From a bacterium HR10 (GTDB lineage Bacteria > Acidobacteriota > Blastocatellia > HR10), in contig BEHM01000002.1 in assembly GCA_002923315.1 (NCBI GenBank), positions 73,838 to 137,837 of the forward strand: a stretch of DNA of 64,000 nt. The letters are read 5' to 3'. A model generated the notes under the pieces. The model had not been told where the DNA came from, did not search any database, and worked only from the letters and a program-made list of their open reading frames with translations. The position numbers and the translations under genes are program-made. Positions 1 to 9,838 of the stretch are shown here, one piece after another. The first letter of the stretch is position 1. Each line of letters begins with the position of its first letter.

Positions 1-501
1 CGCCCCCAGCTCATCGAGCACGAGCACTTCGGCCTCATAGATCGGTGCCAGAATGCGCAGTTCGCTCGTCTGAGAGATCGGGTTGTAGCTGTCCTGAATC
101 TCCTTCAGCAGATCGCGGAAGTCATAGAAGAGGCAGGGGACCAGCTTTTGCCGGATCAGCTCCTTGATCGTGGCCACTGCCAGATGCGTCTTCCCCACCC
201 CGCACGGGCCGATGATCAAAAGCCCGCGATCCACATTGGGATAATCCTCGACCAGACGCTGGCAGATGTACACGGCGGCTTGCTGCGTGCTGTTTTGGCG
301 CTCGTAGTTGTGGAATCCGCACTCGGCGTATCGCGGAGGAATGCGGGCGGCGATGAGCAGACGCTCGATCGTCCTTTGCGGATCCTGAGTCCGACAGCGG
401 CATCGGCGAACCGTCCGCTCGGCGACGTATTCCCACCCCGTGTCCTGGCAGTAGGGGCACGTCACCGTCAGGGATGATGCCTTTTCTCCTGTCGTCCGCA
501 T
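1..501 (-). CDS. DnaC/DnaI-like AAA+ helicase-loader ATPase, partial (C-terminus lies beyond window start)
   Basis: Absent from the ORF track because it is open to the window edge. Reverse translation from ATG (499-501) reads [26 protein letters not shown]...RRCRCRTQ...[22 protein letters not shown]...VLVLDELGA. It shows an N-terminal Cys-rich zinc-ribbon-like motif, Walker A GPCGVGKT and Walker B-like VLVLDE. All 167 codons are open to position 1. Confidence 0.75.
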   Translation of the reverse strand, partial: MRTTGEKASSLTVTCPYCQDTGWEYVAERTVRRCRCRTQDPQRTIERLLIAARIPPRYAECGFHNYERQNSTQQAAVYICQRLVEDYPNVDRGLLIIGPCGVGKTHLAVATIKELIRQKLVPCLFYDFRDLLKEIQDSYNPISQTSELRILAPIYEAEVLVLDELGA

Positions 502-557
502 GTGTCGCAATCCTCTTTAAAGCGAGTCCCCGTCCCCGCTCATAAGAGCGGGGCTTA

Positions 558-586
558 TTATAGTCGGTCGGGCATCCGGACGCAAT
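558..586 (-). promoter_or_regulatory. candidate sigma-70-type promoter of the DnaC-like gene
   Basis: On the minus strand: TTGCGT (586-581), 17 nt, TATAAT (563-558). The predicted mRNA would begin with the hairpin CCCCGCTC-ttat-GAGCGGGG (554-535), followed by AAGAGGA (SD) and ATG at 501. Pattern-based only. Confidence 0.35.
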
Positions 587-938
587 TCACGCCCTGCCCG
601 CTCATGCGGGGCGGGGCTCTGAACGAAGACGGCGGACGCCGGAAGCGCGCGCATCGTGCTGCTCATGGTGGAGTGAGAGATACCCCCGGGACGCGGATCT
701 GCTCGCGCTCATCTGCGCTGGCAAAAATTGCCCTTGTCATTCCGAAAAAATCGGCGTAAACTTGGCGCCCCTGGGCGGCGAGGAGCGCCGAACGGGGCAA
801 GGCGTGGTCACGAGATGAGACGATCGCGCCACGCGAGGACATCTTCATAGGTCGGCATGACGTTTCACGGTGCGGCTTGGACGCCCCCGCGGGGGGGCGT
901 TCGAGGCCACCCCAGGAGCTTGGATTGGAGGGAGGACG

Positions 939-3900
939 ATGAGGCGAGCGGTCATCGTCTTGCTCATCGCAGTAGTGGGGGGTATTGGAGCAGTGAGGGC
1001 CGTGCGGATGGAGCGATGGGCCCTTCGGGGATCGAAACCCTCGCGCGTGAAGATCGTCGAGTCGGGGCATCCGTGGATCTTTTTGGAGGGGGGGACTGAG
1101 TTGCCAGCGCTCTACGTGGGGACGAGCTTACCCCGGGACGCGTTCGAGCGGTTGTGGGTGCGACCGACGGCTTTGACCGCCGCCGATTTCGACGAAGATG
1201 GGATGCCGGATCTCGTGGCCGGATATGCGGGACCGGCCGGTGGCCTGGTGGCCGTTCATCGGGGCAATGTGGATTTCCTCTGGCCGAACAGTGTCGAGGC
1301 GCAGGCTCGGAGGGCGGCCGGACAGTTCACGGACGCGCCATTTTGGCCGGAGGTGCGGGTCTTCGAGCTTCCCGAGCCCCCGGATTTCCTGGGGGCAGGC
1401 GATTTCGATGCTGATGGACATGCCGATGTCGTAGCAGCCGCGCGCGGAGGGCACAGGCTCTATTGGCTGCGCGGGAATGGGCGAGGCGGGATGCGCGAAC
1501 CTCAGGTGCTCGACCTGCCGGGATCGGTGACGGCCCTCGCCGTCGGAGAGATCTATCGAGCTGATGGTCTGGAAGACATCGCCATTGGAGTCACCGGACC
1601 TGAAGGATCGCAGGTTCTCATCTTCGCGGGTCCAGATGGGGCTCTGCGGGAGGAACCCGAACGGCTTCATGTGCCGGATGAGGTGACGGCGCTGGCTCTC
1701 GGGCAGTTGGACGAGCATTACGCGTTCGATCTCGCCGTCGCGGCGGGCCATCAGGTGTTGATCGTATACGGGCGCGACCGGCACGCTTCGCCCTTGGGGG
1801 CGATTCCCGCACCCCGAGTGGATTCCCTCTCCCTCCCGGTTCGCGCTCTCGCGTTGGCGCTTGGGGATTTCCTCTGGGATGAGGAGCGTCGGATGGAGGT
1901 CGCTGTACTCGGAGAGGATGGGATCGTGCACGTGTTCGCTCGAACGTCCTCATCGGATGCTCATACCGCGTCCTGGCGCATGATCGCCTCTCCATTCGGC
2001 GAGGAAGTCGTGGCGGATGTTTCATCGCGACTTCCTGAGAGGAGCTCCCGATTGGTGCGAGCGAAAGTCTCCAGTGCCCCAGCAGATGATCTGATCCTGC
2101 TGGCTCCTCAAGGCCGGCGCGTCTCTCTCCTCGCACATGTCGCATCCCTCGCAGAGTTGGTGGCGAACGCTTCACGGGATGCGTTGCCGACTTCGGTGAG
2201 GGCAGTGCTCGAAGCCGATGGGGCTATTGTGGCGGTGCTCCCCATGCGGCTGAATCGGGATGCGTTGAGCGACTTGGTCGTCTTGTATGAGGGGGCGAGC
2301 GCTCCGGTCGTCTTTGTGACGGCTTCCCCTGCGACTTTCGTCGTCAACGACACAGGGAATGCTGGCGATTTCGTTCCAGGCGATGGCATCTGTGAGATAT
2401 TTCCTGGGAGCGGGGTCTGTACGCTGCGCGCGGCCATCCAGGAGGCGAATGCTCATTCTGGGCTTGACACGATCGAGTTCAATATTCTTGGGCCCGGCCC
2501 GCACACGATTTCCCCAACTTCGGCGCTGCCGACGATCACCGAGGCGGTGACCATTGACGCGACGATGGAGAACGCCTGCGGGCAACTCCGGTGCGTCGAG
2601 CTCAACGGAACGAGTGCGGGGGCCAACGCGAATGGATTGAGCATCTCGGCCGGAAACAGCGTCGTGCGGGGCCTCGCGATCAATCGCTTCCAACGATACG
2701 GGATCCGGTTGTTCACAAATGGAGGGAACATCATCGAAGGGAACCTCATCGGGACCAATGTGAGTGGCACCACTGATCTTGGGAACAGGAATGACGGTGT
2801 GCGCATCGAGACGTCCAATAACACGATCGGGGGGACGGTCGCAGGCGCGCGCAACGTCATCTCGGGGAACGACAACGACGGCGTGGAGATCAACGGAAGT
2901 GCGGTGAGCGGCAACGCCGTGCGCGGCAATTTCATCGGGACGACGGCCACCGGCGCGGGAGCTTTGGGAAATAGCGAGCGGGGTGTCTACATCAATGGTG
3001 CTCCCAACAACGTGATTGGGGGAACAGTCGCAGGCGCGCGCAACGTCATCTCAGGCAGTGCCACGAATGATGGTGTGGAGATCAATGGGAGTGCGGCGAG
3101 CGGGAACCTGGTGCAAGGGAATTTCATCGGGACCGATGCGAGCGGTACGACCGATTTAGGGAATGATGTGGATGGCGTGCGGATTACCGGCGCACCCGGG
3201 AATACGATTGGTGGGACGGCATCTGGAGCGGGCAATGTCATCTCGGGGAATGACGACGATGGCGTGGAGATCCGCGGGAGTGCGGCGAGCGGGAACCTGG
3301 TGCAAGGGAATTTCATCGGGACCAATGCGGCGGGGACTGGAGCGCTCGGTAACACTGCACATGGAGTGCACGTCTCCTCCTCGGCTCTCAATACGATCGG
3401 GGGAGCGGGTGCCGGTAATGTCATCGCCTTCAATGGCGGTGATGGGGTATTCGTCGCTTCCGGCACAGGAAATCGCATTCGGCAGAATTCGATCTTCTTC
3501 AATACGGGGTTGGGGATTGATCTCGGAGCCAACGGCGTGACTGCTAATGACGCGGGTGATCCCGACACGGGGGCGAACAATCTGCAGAACTTCCCTGTGC
3601 TCGCTTCTGTCTTCTCCGGCTTCGGGACCACGTTCATTCAGGGTTCGATTGATTCCACGACGACCAATTCGGCTTATCCCGTTCTCATCGAGTTCTTTCA
3701 CAGCCCTTCGTGCGATCCGTCCGGATATGGAGAAGGCCAAACATTTCTCGGCTCAGCGACTGTGAGTGGGCCGGGCTCATTTAACGTCACGCTCTCGAGC
3801 TCGGTCTCAGGTGGCGTAGTGACGGCGACGGCCACCGACAACAACGGGAATACGTCTGAGTTCTCCGCGTGTGTGACTGTGCAATCGGCAGCCCGATTGG

Positions 3901-6122
3901 TTGTACGGAAGGAGATGGTGGGGGGGACGGCGACGTTCGCGTTCACGGGGACGCCGAGTGGGACGATCAGCGTGAATGGGGGGACGTTGACGGCAGTGGT
4001 GGTGCCGGGGACGTACACGAGCACGGAGGGAGCGGTGAGCGGGTGGGATTTGGTGAGCATCAGTTGCGATGACAGTGACAGCACGGGGGATGTGGGGACA
4101 CGGACGGCGACATTTGTGGCGGGGGCAGGGGAGGTGATCACGTGCACGTTTCGGAATGTGAAGCGGGGGCGGATCGTGGTGAGCAAGGATGTGGTGCCGG
4201 ATGATGGGTCGTCGTGGGTGATGAGTGTGACGGGGCAGCCGGCGCAGACGATTGGGGATGGGGGGAGTGCGACGTTTGCGGATTTGGTGCCTGGGGTGTA
4301 TACGGTGAGCGAGAGTGGGCCAGCGGGGTATGCGAGTGAGGTGAATTGTGGGGCTGAGGGGAGTGCGGTGGGGACGAGCATCACGGTGACGGTGGATCCT
4401 GGGGAGACGGTGACGTGCGCGTTCACGAATCGGCGGTTGGGGCGGATTGTGGTGCGGAAGGAGGCGGTGGGAGGGGATGGGGCGTTTGGGTTCACGGGGT
4501 CGGGGAATGGGATGAGCAATTTCACGATTGTGACCAGTGGGGGGAGTGGGCAACAGGTGTTTGACAATTTGGTGCCTGGGGCGGCTGGGGGGTCGCGGTC
4601 GGTGACGGAGTCGGGGATCCCATCGGGGTGGGATTTTCAGAGTGTGTCGTGTGGGAGTGCGTTGGGGACGTCCACGGTTGTGGTGAGTGGGGCGACGGCG
4701 ACGGTGAGCGTGCTGGGGGCTGGGGATACGGTGACCTGCACATTTCGGAATGTGAAGCGGGGGCGGATTGTGGTGCGGAAGATCACCGAACCGAATCCCG
4801 ATCCGACGAACACGCAGTTCTCGTTCACAGGAGCGGTGACTGGAAGTCTTCGGAATGGTGAGACGCTCACAAGGGATAATCTCGTGCCGGGCACGTACGT
4901 GGTGACGGAGGTCGTCCCGAATCAGTTCGAGCTGGTCTCGATCTCGTGCGATGACGGGGCGAGTCCTCAGCCGAGTTCTGGCGATGTCTCTCAGGCAAGG
5001 GCGACATTCCGTGTGGATCCGGGAGAGGCCGTCACCTGCACGTTCACGAACCGGCTCAAGCGGGCGAATCTCGTGGGGGTCACCTTCTTCGTTCGATCTG
5101 AGGTCGCTCCTGGAGCGGCCGCCCATGCTGCTGCGGAGGGAACACGGGGAGTGATCGTCGTGGACGCGGTTCAGGATCAAGTGCGCGTGTTCTTGAATTC
5201 CGGGGATGGGACGTTGCGGCGGGGGCAAACGGTTCTCGTCGGGAGGGAGCCGGTGGCGGCTGCCGTCGGCGATCTCAATGGCGACGGGGCGACGGACGTC
5301 ATCACAGCTGATTTTCAGTCGCAAACGTTGACGATCCTAGAGGGAGTGGGGGACGGCACGTTTCGGCGCAGGCGCGCCCTTTCGGTTCCGGCCAAGCCTG
5401 TGGCTGTAGCCGTGGGCGATTTTGATCAGGATGGGAGGGCGGACATCGTGGTCGTTTATCCGGACGAAGGTGAGATGCAGATCTTTCGCGGACGAGGTGA
5501 CCTGACGTTCGTCGCCGGGCAACGCGTTCATATCGGGAGGCGACCTGTCGCGTTGGCCGTAGCCGATGTGAGCGGCGATGGCATCGTGGATGTGGCGATC
5601 GCCGATGCGGCTTCTGACAGCGTGACTGTGCTTCTCGGGCGCGGAGATGGGACGTTCGTCACGGGCGGCGAGGTCACGGTAGATCGCGAACCGGTCGCCA
5701 TTGCGGCCGCTGATCTGGATGAAGATGGGCGGGTGGATGTGGTCACCGCCAATGTTCGCGCCTCCACGCTCTCGATTGTGCGCAATGAGGGGACGGCTGG
5801 GTCTCGTCTGCGCTTACGGGTCGTCGCGACAGTGCCAACGGCTGAACAACCGGTGGCCGTGGTGACGGCGCGATTTTTCAGCGATAGGGTGGGCATCGCC
5901 AGCGCCGGTTCGATGGCGCAACAGGTCTGGGTGCATGTGCGAGAAGAGAGCGGGCGGTGGGGCTCTCGACAGCGGATGAACATCAACGCTGTACCGGTGG
6001 CAGTTGTCGCCGGGGACGTGGATGACGATGGATGGTTGGATCTGGTCGTCCTCGATGTGAGCGGAAGCACGCTTCAGGTCTGGCTCAATAGCGAGAGCGG
6101 CAGCTTCCGACGTCGCCAGTGA
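939..6122 (+). CDS. giant secreted/cell-surface repeat protein: N-terminal FG-GAP/VCBS repeats, CSLREA-like motif, right-handed beta-helix repeats, four prealbumin-fold (SpaA/Cna-B-like) modules, C-terminal FG-GAP/VCBS propeller
   Basis: The ORF track gives 870..6122. I prefer ATG 939, which is preceded by GGAGGGAGGA and followed by the hydrophobic MRRAVIVLLIAVVGGIGAVRA.
- FG-GAP-type motifs: DFDEDGMPDLVAG, DFDADGHADVVAA, and at the C-terminus VGDLNGDGATDVITAD, VGDFDQDGRADIVVV, AADLDEDGRVDVVTAN, AGDVDDDGWLDLVVLD.
- CTLRAAIQEAN resembles the CSLREA motif.
- Repeated GNxIGTxxxGxxxLGNxxDGVxIxGxxxNxIGG...ARNVISGN coils indicate a parallel beta-helix.
- Four modules each end in VTC(T/A)F(T/R)N. 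Confidence 0.85.
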   Translation: MRRAVIVLLIAVVGGIGAVRAVRMERWALRGSKPSRVKIVESGHPWIFLEGGTELPALYVGTSLPRDAFERLWVRPTALTAADFDEDGMPDLVAGYAGPAGGLVAVHRGNVDFLWPNSVEAQARRAAGQFTDAPFWPEVRVFELPEPPDFLGAGDFDADGHADVVAAARGGHRLYWLRGNGRGGMREPQVLDLPGSVTALAVGEIYRADGLEDIAIGVTGPEGSQVLIFAGPDGALREEPERLHVPDEVTALALGQLDEHYAFDLAVAAGHQVLIVYGRDRHASPLGAIPAPRVDSLSLPVRALALALGDFLWDEERRMEVAVLGEDGIVHVFARTSSSDAHTASWRMIASPFGEEVVADVSSRLPERSSRLVRAKVSSAPADDLILLAPQGRRVSLLAHVASLAELVANASRDALPTSVRAVLEADGAIVAVLPMRLNRDALSDLVVLYEGASAPVVFVTASPATFVVNDTGNAGDFVPGDGICEIFPGSGVCTLRAAIQEANAHSGLDTIEFNILGPGPHTISPTSALPTITEAVTIDATMENACGQLRCVELNGTSAGANANGLSISAGNSVVRGLAINRFQRYGIRLFTNGGNIIEGNLIGTNVSGTTDLGNRNDGVRIETSNNTIGGTVAGARNVISGNDNDGVEINGSAVSGNAVRGNFIGTTATGAGALGNSERGVYINGAPNNVIGGTVAGARNVISGSATNDGVEINGSAASGNLVQGNFIGTDASGTTDLGNDVDGVRITGAPGNTIGGTASGAGNVISGNDDDGVEIRGSAASGNLVQGNFIGTNAAGTGALGNTAHGVHVSSSALNTIGGAGAGNVIAFNGGDGVFVASGTGNRIRQNSIFFNTGLGIDLGANGVTANDAGDPDTGANNLQNFPVLASVFSGFGTTFIQGSIDSTTTNSAYPVLIEFFHSPSCDPSGYGEGQTFLGSATVSGPGSFNVTLSSSVSGGVVTATATDNNGNTSEFSACVTVQSAARLVVRKEMVGGTATFAFTGTPSGTISVNGGTLTAVVVPGTYTSTEGAVSGWDLVSISCDDSDSTGDVGTRTATFVAGAGEVITCTFRNVKRGRIVVSKDVVPDDGSSWVMSVTGQPAQTIGDGGSATFADLVPGVYTVSESGPAGYASEVNCGAEGSAVGTSITVTVDPGETVTCAFTNRRLGRIVVRKEAVGGDGAFGFTGSGNGMSNFTIVTSGGSGQQVFDNLVPGAAGGSRSVTESGIPSGWDFQSVSCGSALGTSTVVVSGATATVSVLGAGDTVTCTFRNVKRGRIVVRKITEPNPDPTNTQFSFTGAVTGSLRNGETLTRDNLVPGTYVVTEVVPNQFELVSISCDDGASPQPSSGDVSQARATFRVDPGEAVTCTFTNRLKRANLVGVTFFVRSEVAPGAAAHAAAEGTRGVIVVDAVQDQVRVFLNSGDGTLRRGQTVLVGREPVAAAVGDLNGDGATDVITADFQSQTLTILEGVGDGTFRRRRALSVPAKPVAVAVGDFDQDGRADIVVVYPDEGEMQIFRGRGDLTFVAGQRVHIGRRPVALAVADVSGDGIVDVAIADAASDSVTVLLGRGDGTFVTGGEVTVDREPVAIAAADLDEDGRVDVVTANVRASTLSIVRNEGTAGSRLRLRVVATVPTAEQPVAVVTARFFSDRVGIASAGSMAQQVWVHVREESGRWGSRQRMNINAVPVAVVAGDVDDDGWLDLVVLDVSGSTLQVWLNSESGSFRRRQ
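3087..3323 (+). repeat. intragenic duplication: two identical 48-nt segments 189 nt apart (one 63-aa beta-helix module)
   Basis: gggagtgcggcgagcgggaacctggtgcaagggaatttcatcgggacc occurs at 3087-3134 and again at 3276-3323. gcaggcgcgcgcaacgtcatctc also recurs (about 2839 and about 3029). Confidence 0.9.
3891..5057 (+). repeat. four tandem prealbumin-fold modules of about 90-105 aa (coding repeats)
   Basis: Protein repeats: RLVVRKEMVGGTATFAFTG...VITCTFRNVKRG / RIVVSKDV...VTCAFTNRRLG / RIVVRKEAVGGDGAFGFTG...VTCTFRNVKRG / RIVVRKITEP...VTCTFTNRLKR. An identical 26-nt string tttcggaatgtgaagcgggggcggat occurs at 4149-4174 and 4743-4768. Confidence 0.85.
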
Positions 6123-6138
6123 GGGCGGAGCTGTGCAT

Positions 6139-6173
6139 GAATGCGTCGGCGGAGCCGTTCCACCGACGCATTC
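6139..6173 (+). terminator. hairpin after the giant gene (candidate intrinsic terminator)
   Basis: Perfect 11-bp inverted repeat GAATGCGTCGG (6139-6149) / CCGACGCATTC (6163-6173) with a 13-nt loop, 17 nt after stop 6120-6122. The downstream tract gctgagttgttcc is only weakly T-rich. Confidence 0.45.
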
Positions 6174-6486
6174 GCTGAGTTGTTCCTGTCTGGGTTGCCT
6201 TCCAACAGGTGTCATATCTCAGACCTCAAGCGTTCCGTTGCCATCAGCGTGCCAGTGGGGAGTGAATCTCGTCCGGTCTGCGGGAAGTCGAGTGGTTGTC
6301 GTGTGCGATCTGTTGCCGAAGCGGTTAATTGCAGCGGCGGAGATGCGCGTTGGGGGGCGGTCCCCGGCATTCTCCTGCGGGGTGAGGCGGGCCTCTCTTG
6401 CTGTCGAAAAGGGGGGAGTGATAAGATGAATGCCTCGACATCGCGCGCAGTGCGCATGATGAGGAAACGGTGAGGAGTGAGGGCGC

Positions 6487-6921
6487 ATGAGCAACAAGGA
6501 GGGTGAGGTCACGTTCAAGGTGACGGATCGTCGGCTCTTCAACCCCGATGGGACATTGCGGGCGGAGATTGTGGAGCGGGAGCAGGTGAGCGCACCTGCG
6601 GAAGCGCCGAAGGTCGAGGAGCCCGCACCGACGCCCCCTTCGATCGAGACGTCGCCGCTCTTTGTCGAGCTGCTCGTGAATCTCATCTCCTCGGCAGAAG
6701 TCAATCTGGGGATGATGGAACACCCGGCTTTGGGGAAGCGGGTTGTGGATTTATCGGCCGCCAAGCAGATGATTGATTGGCTGGGGGCGTTGCGGGAGAA
6801 GACGCGCGGCAATCTCTCCCGCGAGGAGGAGGAACTGTTCGATGGAGCGCTCACGCAGTTGCGCATGCGCTTCGTGCAGTTAGCGAATCGGCAGCCGAGG
6901 GAGCGGGAGGCGGGGGCTTGA
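6487..6921 (+). CDS. DUF1844 domain protein
   Basis: GAGGAG lies upstream of the ATG. The pattern ...PLFVELLVNLISSAEVNLGMMEHP...DLSAAKQMIDWLGALREKTRGNLSREEEELFDGALTQLRMRFV matches the DUF1844 family as I remember it. Confidence 0.7.
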   Translation: MSNKEGEVTFKVTDRRLFNPDGTLRAEIVEREQVSAPAEAPKVEEPAPTPPSIETSPLFVELLVNLISSAEVNLGMMEHPALGKRVVDLSAAKQMIDWLGALREKTRGNLSREEEELFDGALTQLRMRFVQLANRQPREREAGA

Positions 6922-7071
6922 GGAGAGGGACATGTGCGCTCCTCTTGAGCACTGGGCGGCTGCCGGTGGGGACGAGGGTGAGCCCTCGCCGATGAAGATC
7001 TCACGCCCCATTGGAGCACATGTGGAACGGGCGTTCTTATCCCTTCGGGGGAGAGGCGGCGTCAGGGTTCG

Positions 7072-8049
7072 ATGAGGATCGTTCGTGATCTGTGGCAGGA
7101 GACCATTCGGTGCCCCACGGTGGTGACGTTCGGCGTCTTCGATGGGGTTCACCTCGGCCATCAGCGCATTCTGCGCACGGTCGTCGAGCGGGCGCGAGCA
7201 TTGGGGGCGACGCCGACGGTCATCACCTTCGATCCGCATCCGCGGCAGGTCTTGCGTCCGGAGACAGCGCCTCCGCTGCTTCAGACACTGGAGCAACGCT
7301 TGGAAGCGTTCGCCGAGTTGGGAGTGGAGCAGGTCATCCTCATGCGCTTCACTCATGAGCTGGCGGCCGTCTCGGCTGAGGATTTTCTGCTCACGTACGT
7401 GTTCGGACGCTTGGACGCGCGCGAGCTGTACCTGGGGAAGGGGGCGGCCTTCGGGCGCGATCGGCAAGGGCGGATTGATCTGGCCGTGGAAGTCGCCGCG
7501 CGATTGGGACGGCGGGCGGCGGAGATCGAGGAGGTGACGCTGCGTGGCCATCGTGTGCGCGCGACGACGATTCGGCGCCTGTTGCGGACGGGACGTGTGA
7601 ATCTGGCGCGGCGTCTGCTGGGGCGTCCGTATGAGATTCGCGGGCGCATCATCGCGGGATCCGGTCGCGGTCGCGAATGGCTCGTCCCGACGGCGAATCT
7701 CCAGTCAGAGAACCCGATTCTTCCGGCGACCGGCGTCTATGTCACCCTCATGCGTCTTGGGGAACAGTGGTGTCCGGGAGTGACCAATGTCGGACACCGA
7801 CCGACCTTCGACGAGGGAGGGGCAATGAGCGTTGAGACGCATCTGTTGGGCTGGCGCGGGGATGCGCTCGGCGCGTCGGTGGCGCTGCGATTCCTGCGGC
7901 GGTTGCGGTCGGAGCGCCGATTCGAGACGGTGGAGGCCTTGCGCGCTCAGATCGAGCGGGACATCGCGCGCGCGCGCCGGTATTTCATGCATCCGCGCGT
8001 TCGCGCTCTGCTCCATGTTGACGTCTTGCCCTGTGAGCGATACGCTTAA
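7072..8049 (+). CDS. ribF: bifunctional riboflavin kinase / FMN adenylyltransferase
   Basis: TVVTFGVFDGVHLGHQRIL nucleotidyltransferase motif; C-terminal riboflavin-kinase-like GSGRGREWLVPTANL...GVYV...GVTNVGHRPTF...ETHLL. Confidence 0.9.
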   Translation: MRIVRDLWQETIRCPTVVTFGVFDGVHLGHQRILRTVVERARALGATPTVITFDPHPRQVLRPETAPPLLQTLEQRLEAFAELGVEQVILMRFTHELAAVSAEDFLLTYVFGRLDARELYLGKGAAFGRDRQGRIDLAVEVAARLGRRAAEIEEVTLRGHRVRATTIRRLLRTGRVNLARRLLGRPYEIRGRIIAGSGRGREWLVPTANLQSENPILPATGVYVTLMRLGEQWCPGVTNVGHRPTFDEGGAMSVETHLLGWRGDALGASVALRFLRRLRSERRFETVEALRAQIERDIARARRYFMHPRVRALLHVDVLPCERYA

Positions 8050-8072
8050 GGGCTTCCCCCGGCGAGGAGGGA

Positions 8073-9047
8073 ATGGGTATGGCGATCCGTCGAGTCGTTC
8101 TGGCGAAACCGCGGGGGTTCTGCGCCGGCGTCGTGCGCGCCATTGATATTGTCGAGCGCGCGCTCGCGCTCTTTCCTCCGCCCATCTACGTCTTCCACGA
8201 GATCGTGCATAACCGACATATTGTCGAGCGCTTCCGTCGTCGCGGCGTCATCTTCGTGGATCGGATTGCCGACGTGCCCGAAGGCGCGACGTGCATCTTC
8301 AGCGCGCACGGCGTCTCCCCCCAAGTTCGGGCGGAGGCGGCGCAGCGTCGGCTGCGGGTCATTGACGCGACGTGCCCGTTGGTGACGAAGGTGCATGTGG
8401 AAGCCGTGCGATTCGCCCGCGAGGGGTATTCGATCGTGCTCATCGGGCACCCCGGACATGAGGAGGTTGAGGGGACGATGGGGGAGGCGCCCATGCATCT
8501 GGTCAGCTCCATCGCCGATGTGGAGCGGTTGCAGGTGGAGCACCCCGATCGGATCGTCTATCTCACGCAGACGACGCTCAGCGTGGACGATACGGCGCAT
8601 ATCGTCGAGGCGTTGCGACGTCGGTTCCCGCGGTTGGAATCGCCGCCCAAGGAGGATATCTGCTACGCCACGCAGAATCGGCAGAATGCGGTGAAGGCGC
8701 TGGCGCGCGACGTGGACCTCATCCTCGTGATCGGTTCGCAGAACAGCTCGAATTCGCAGCGGTTGCGGGAGGTCGCTCAAGCGGCGGGCGTTCCCGCGTA
8801 TGTGATCAACGATGAGACGGAGATCGAGCCGGCGTGGCTGGAGGGGGTGACCTCCGTGGGCGTGACGGCTGGCGCGTCGGCGCCTGAAGAGCTGGTCGCG
8901 CGCGTGATCGCGTATCTTCGTGCGCTCGGAGCCGAGAGCGTCGAAGAGATGCTCGCTGAGGACGAGGGCGTGCAGTTCACCCTCCCCCCGGAGGTGGCGC
9001 GATCGGAGGCCTCCTCGTCCCTTCTCGGAGCCCGCGAATTCGCGTGA
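8073..9047 (+). CDS. ispH: 4-hydroxy-3-methylbut-2-enyl diphosphate reductase
   Basis: LAKPRGFCAGVVRAIDIVE, VFHEIVHNRH, IFSAHGVSP, DATCPLVTKVH, CYATQNRQ: the three cluster Cys contexts typical of IspH/LytB. Confidence 0.92.
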   Translation: MGMAIRRVVLAKPRGFCAGVVRAIDIVERALALFPPPIYVFHEIVHNRHIVERFRRRGVIFVDRIADVPEGATCIFSAHGVSPQVRAEAAQRRLRVIDATCPLVTKVHVEAVRFAREGYSIVLIGHPGHEEVEGTMGEAPMHLVSSIADVERLQVEHPDRIVYLTQTTLSVDDTAHIVEALRRRFPRLESPPKEDICYATQNRQNAVKALARDVDLILVIGSQNSSNSQRLREVAQAAGVPAYVINDETEIEPAWLEGVTSVGVTAGASAPEELVARVIAYLRALGAESVEEMLAEDEGVQFTLPPEVARSEASSSLLGAREFA

Positions 9048-9053
9048 GAGGGT

Positions 9054-9755
9054 ATGGCCGGGAAAGCCGTCGTCCTGTTGAGCGGAGGGATAGATTCGAC
9101 GACGACGCTCGCGATCGCCCGCGCCGAGGGGTACGAGGTCTACGCCCTCTCCTTCCGGTATGGTCAGCGGCATGAGATCGAGCTTGAGCGCGCGCGGGCC
9201 ATCGCCGCAGCTTTCGGTGTCGCCCGACATCTGGTGATCGCCATTGATCTGCGGGAGATCGGCGGTTCGGCGCTCACCGACGAGAGCCTCGCCGTGCCGA
9301 AGGATCGAACACCGGAAGAGATCGGCGCCGAGATTCCGGTCACCTACGTCCCCGGGCGGAACACGATCTTCCTCGCCTTCGCGCTCGCGTGGGCCGAGGT
9401 GCTCGGTGCCGAGGACATCTTCTTCGGGGCGAACGTCCTCGATTACAGCGGTTATCCGGATTGTCGGCCCGAATATTTGCGGGCGTTCGAGCAGATGGCC
9501 AATCTGGCGACGCGCGCGGGTGTCTCGGGACAGGCGCGATTTCGCATTCATGCGCCGCTCCTCTCGATGACAAAGGCCGAGATCATTCGGCGGGGGCGAG
9601 AACTGGGTGTGGACTATCGCCTCACATGGAGTTGCTATGATCCCGTAGCGCGAGGGGGAGAGATTCTCGCCTGCGGGCGGTGTGATAGCTGTCAGCTTCG
9701 ACGGCGCGGTTTCGCCGAAGCGGGGGTCGAGGATCCGATCCCGTATGCGAATTAA
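9054..9755 (+). CDS. queC: 7-cyano-7-deazaguanine synthase
   Basis: [15 protein letters not shown]-loop; the C-terminal zinc motif CYDP...[14 protein letters not shown] is typical of QueC. Confidence 0.92.
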   Translation: MAGKAVVLLSGGIDSTTTLAIARAEGYEVYALSFRYGQRHEIELERARAIAAAFGVARHLVIAIDLREIGGSALTDESLAVPKDRTPEEIGAEIPVTYVPGRNTIFLAFALAWAEVLGAEDIFFGANVLDYSGYPDCRPEYLRAFEQMANLATRAGVSGQARFRIHAPLLSMTKAEIIRRGRELGVDYRLTWSCYDPVARGGEILACGRCDSCQLRRRGFAEAGVEDPIPYAN

Positions 9756-9838
9756 GATCGAGACGTGAAGGGGGCGTCACGCCTCGACCTCTCCGGGAGG
9801 TGAGGGAGGCGAGAATTGCAAATGACATGGAGGGCGAT

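Noticed and set aside
535-554. The hairpin CCCCGCTC-ataa-GAGCGGGG followed by a T-rich run on the plus strand, resembling a terminator.
   Set aside because: No plus-strand gene lies upstream of it. It sits between a minus-strand TATAAT and the DnaC-like start. It is better explained as a 5'-UTR stem-loop of that mRNA.
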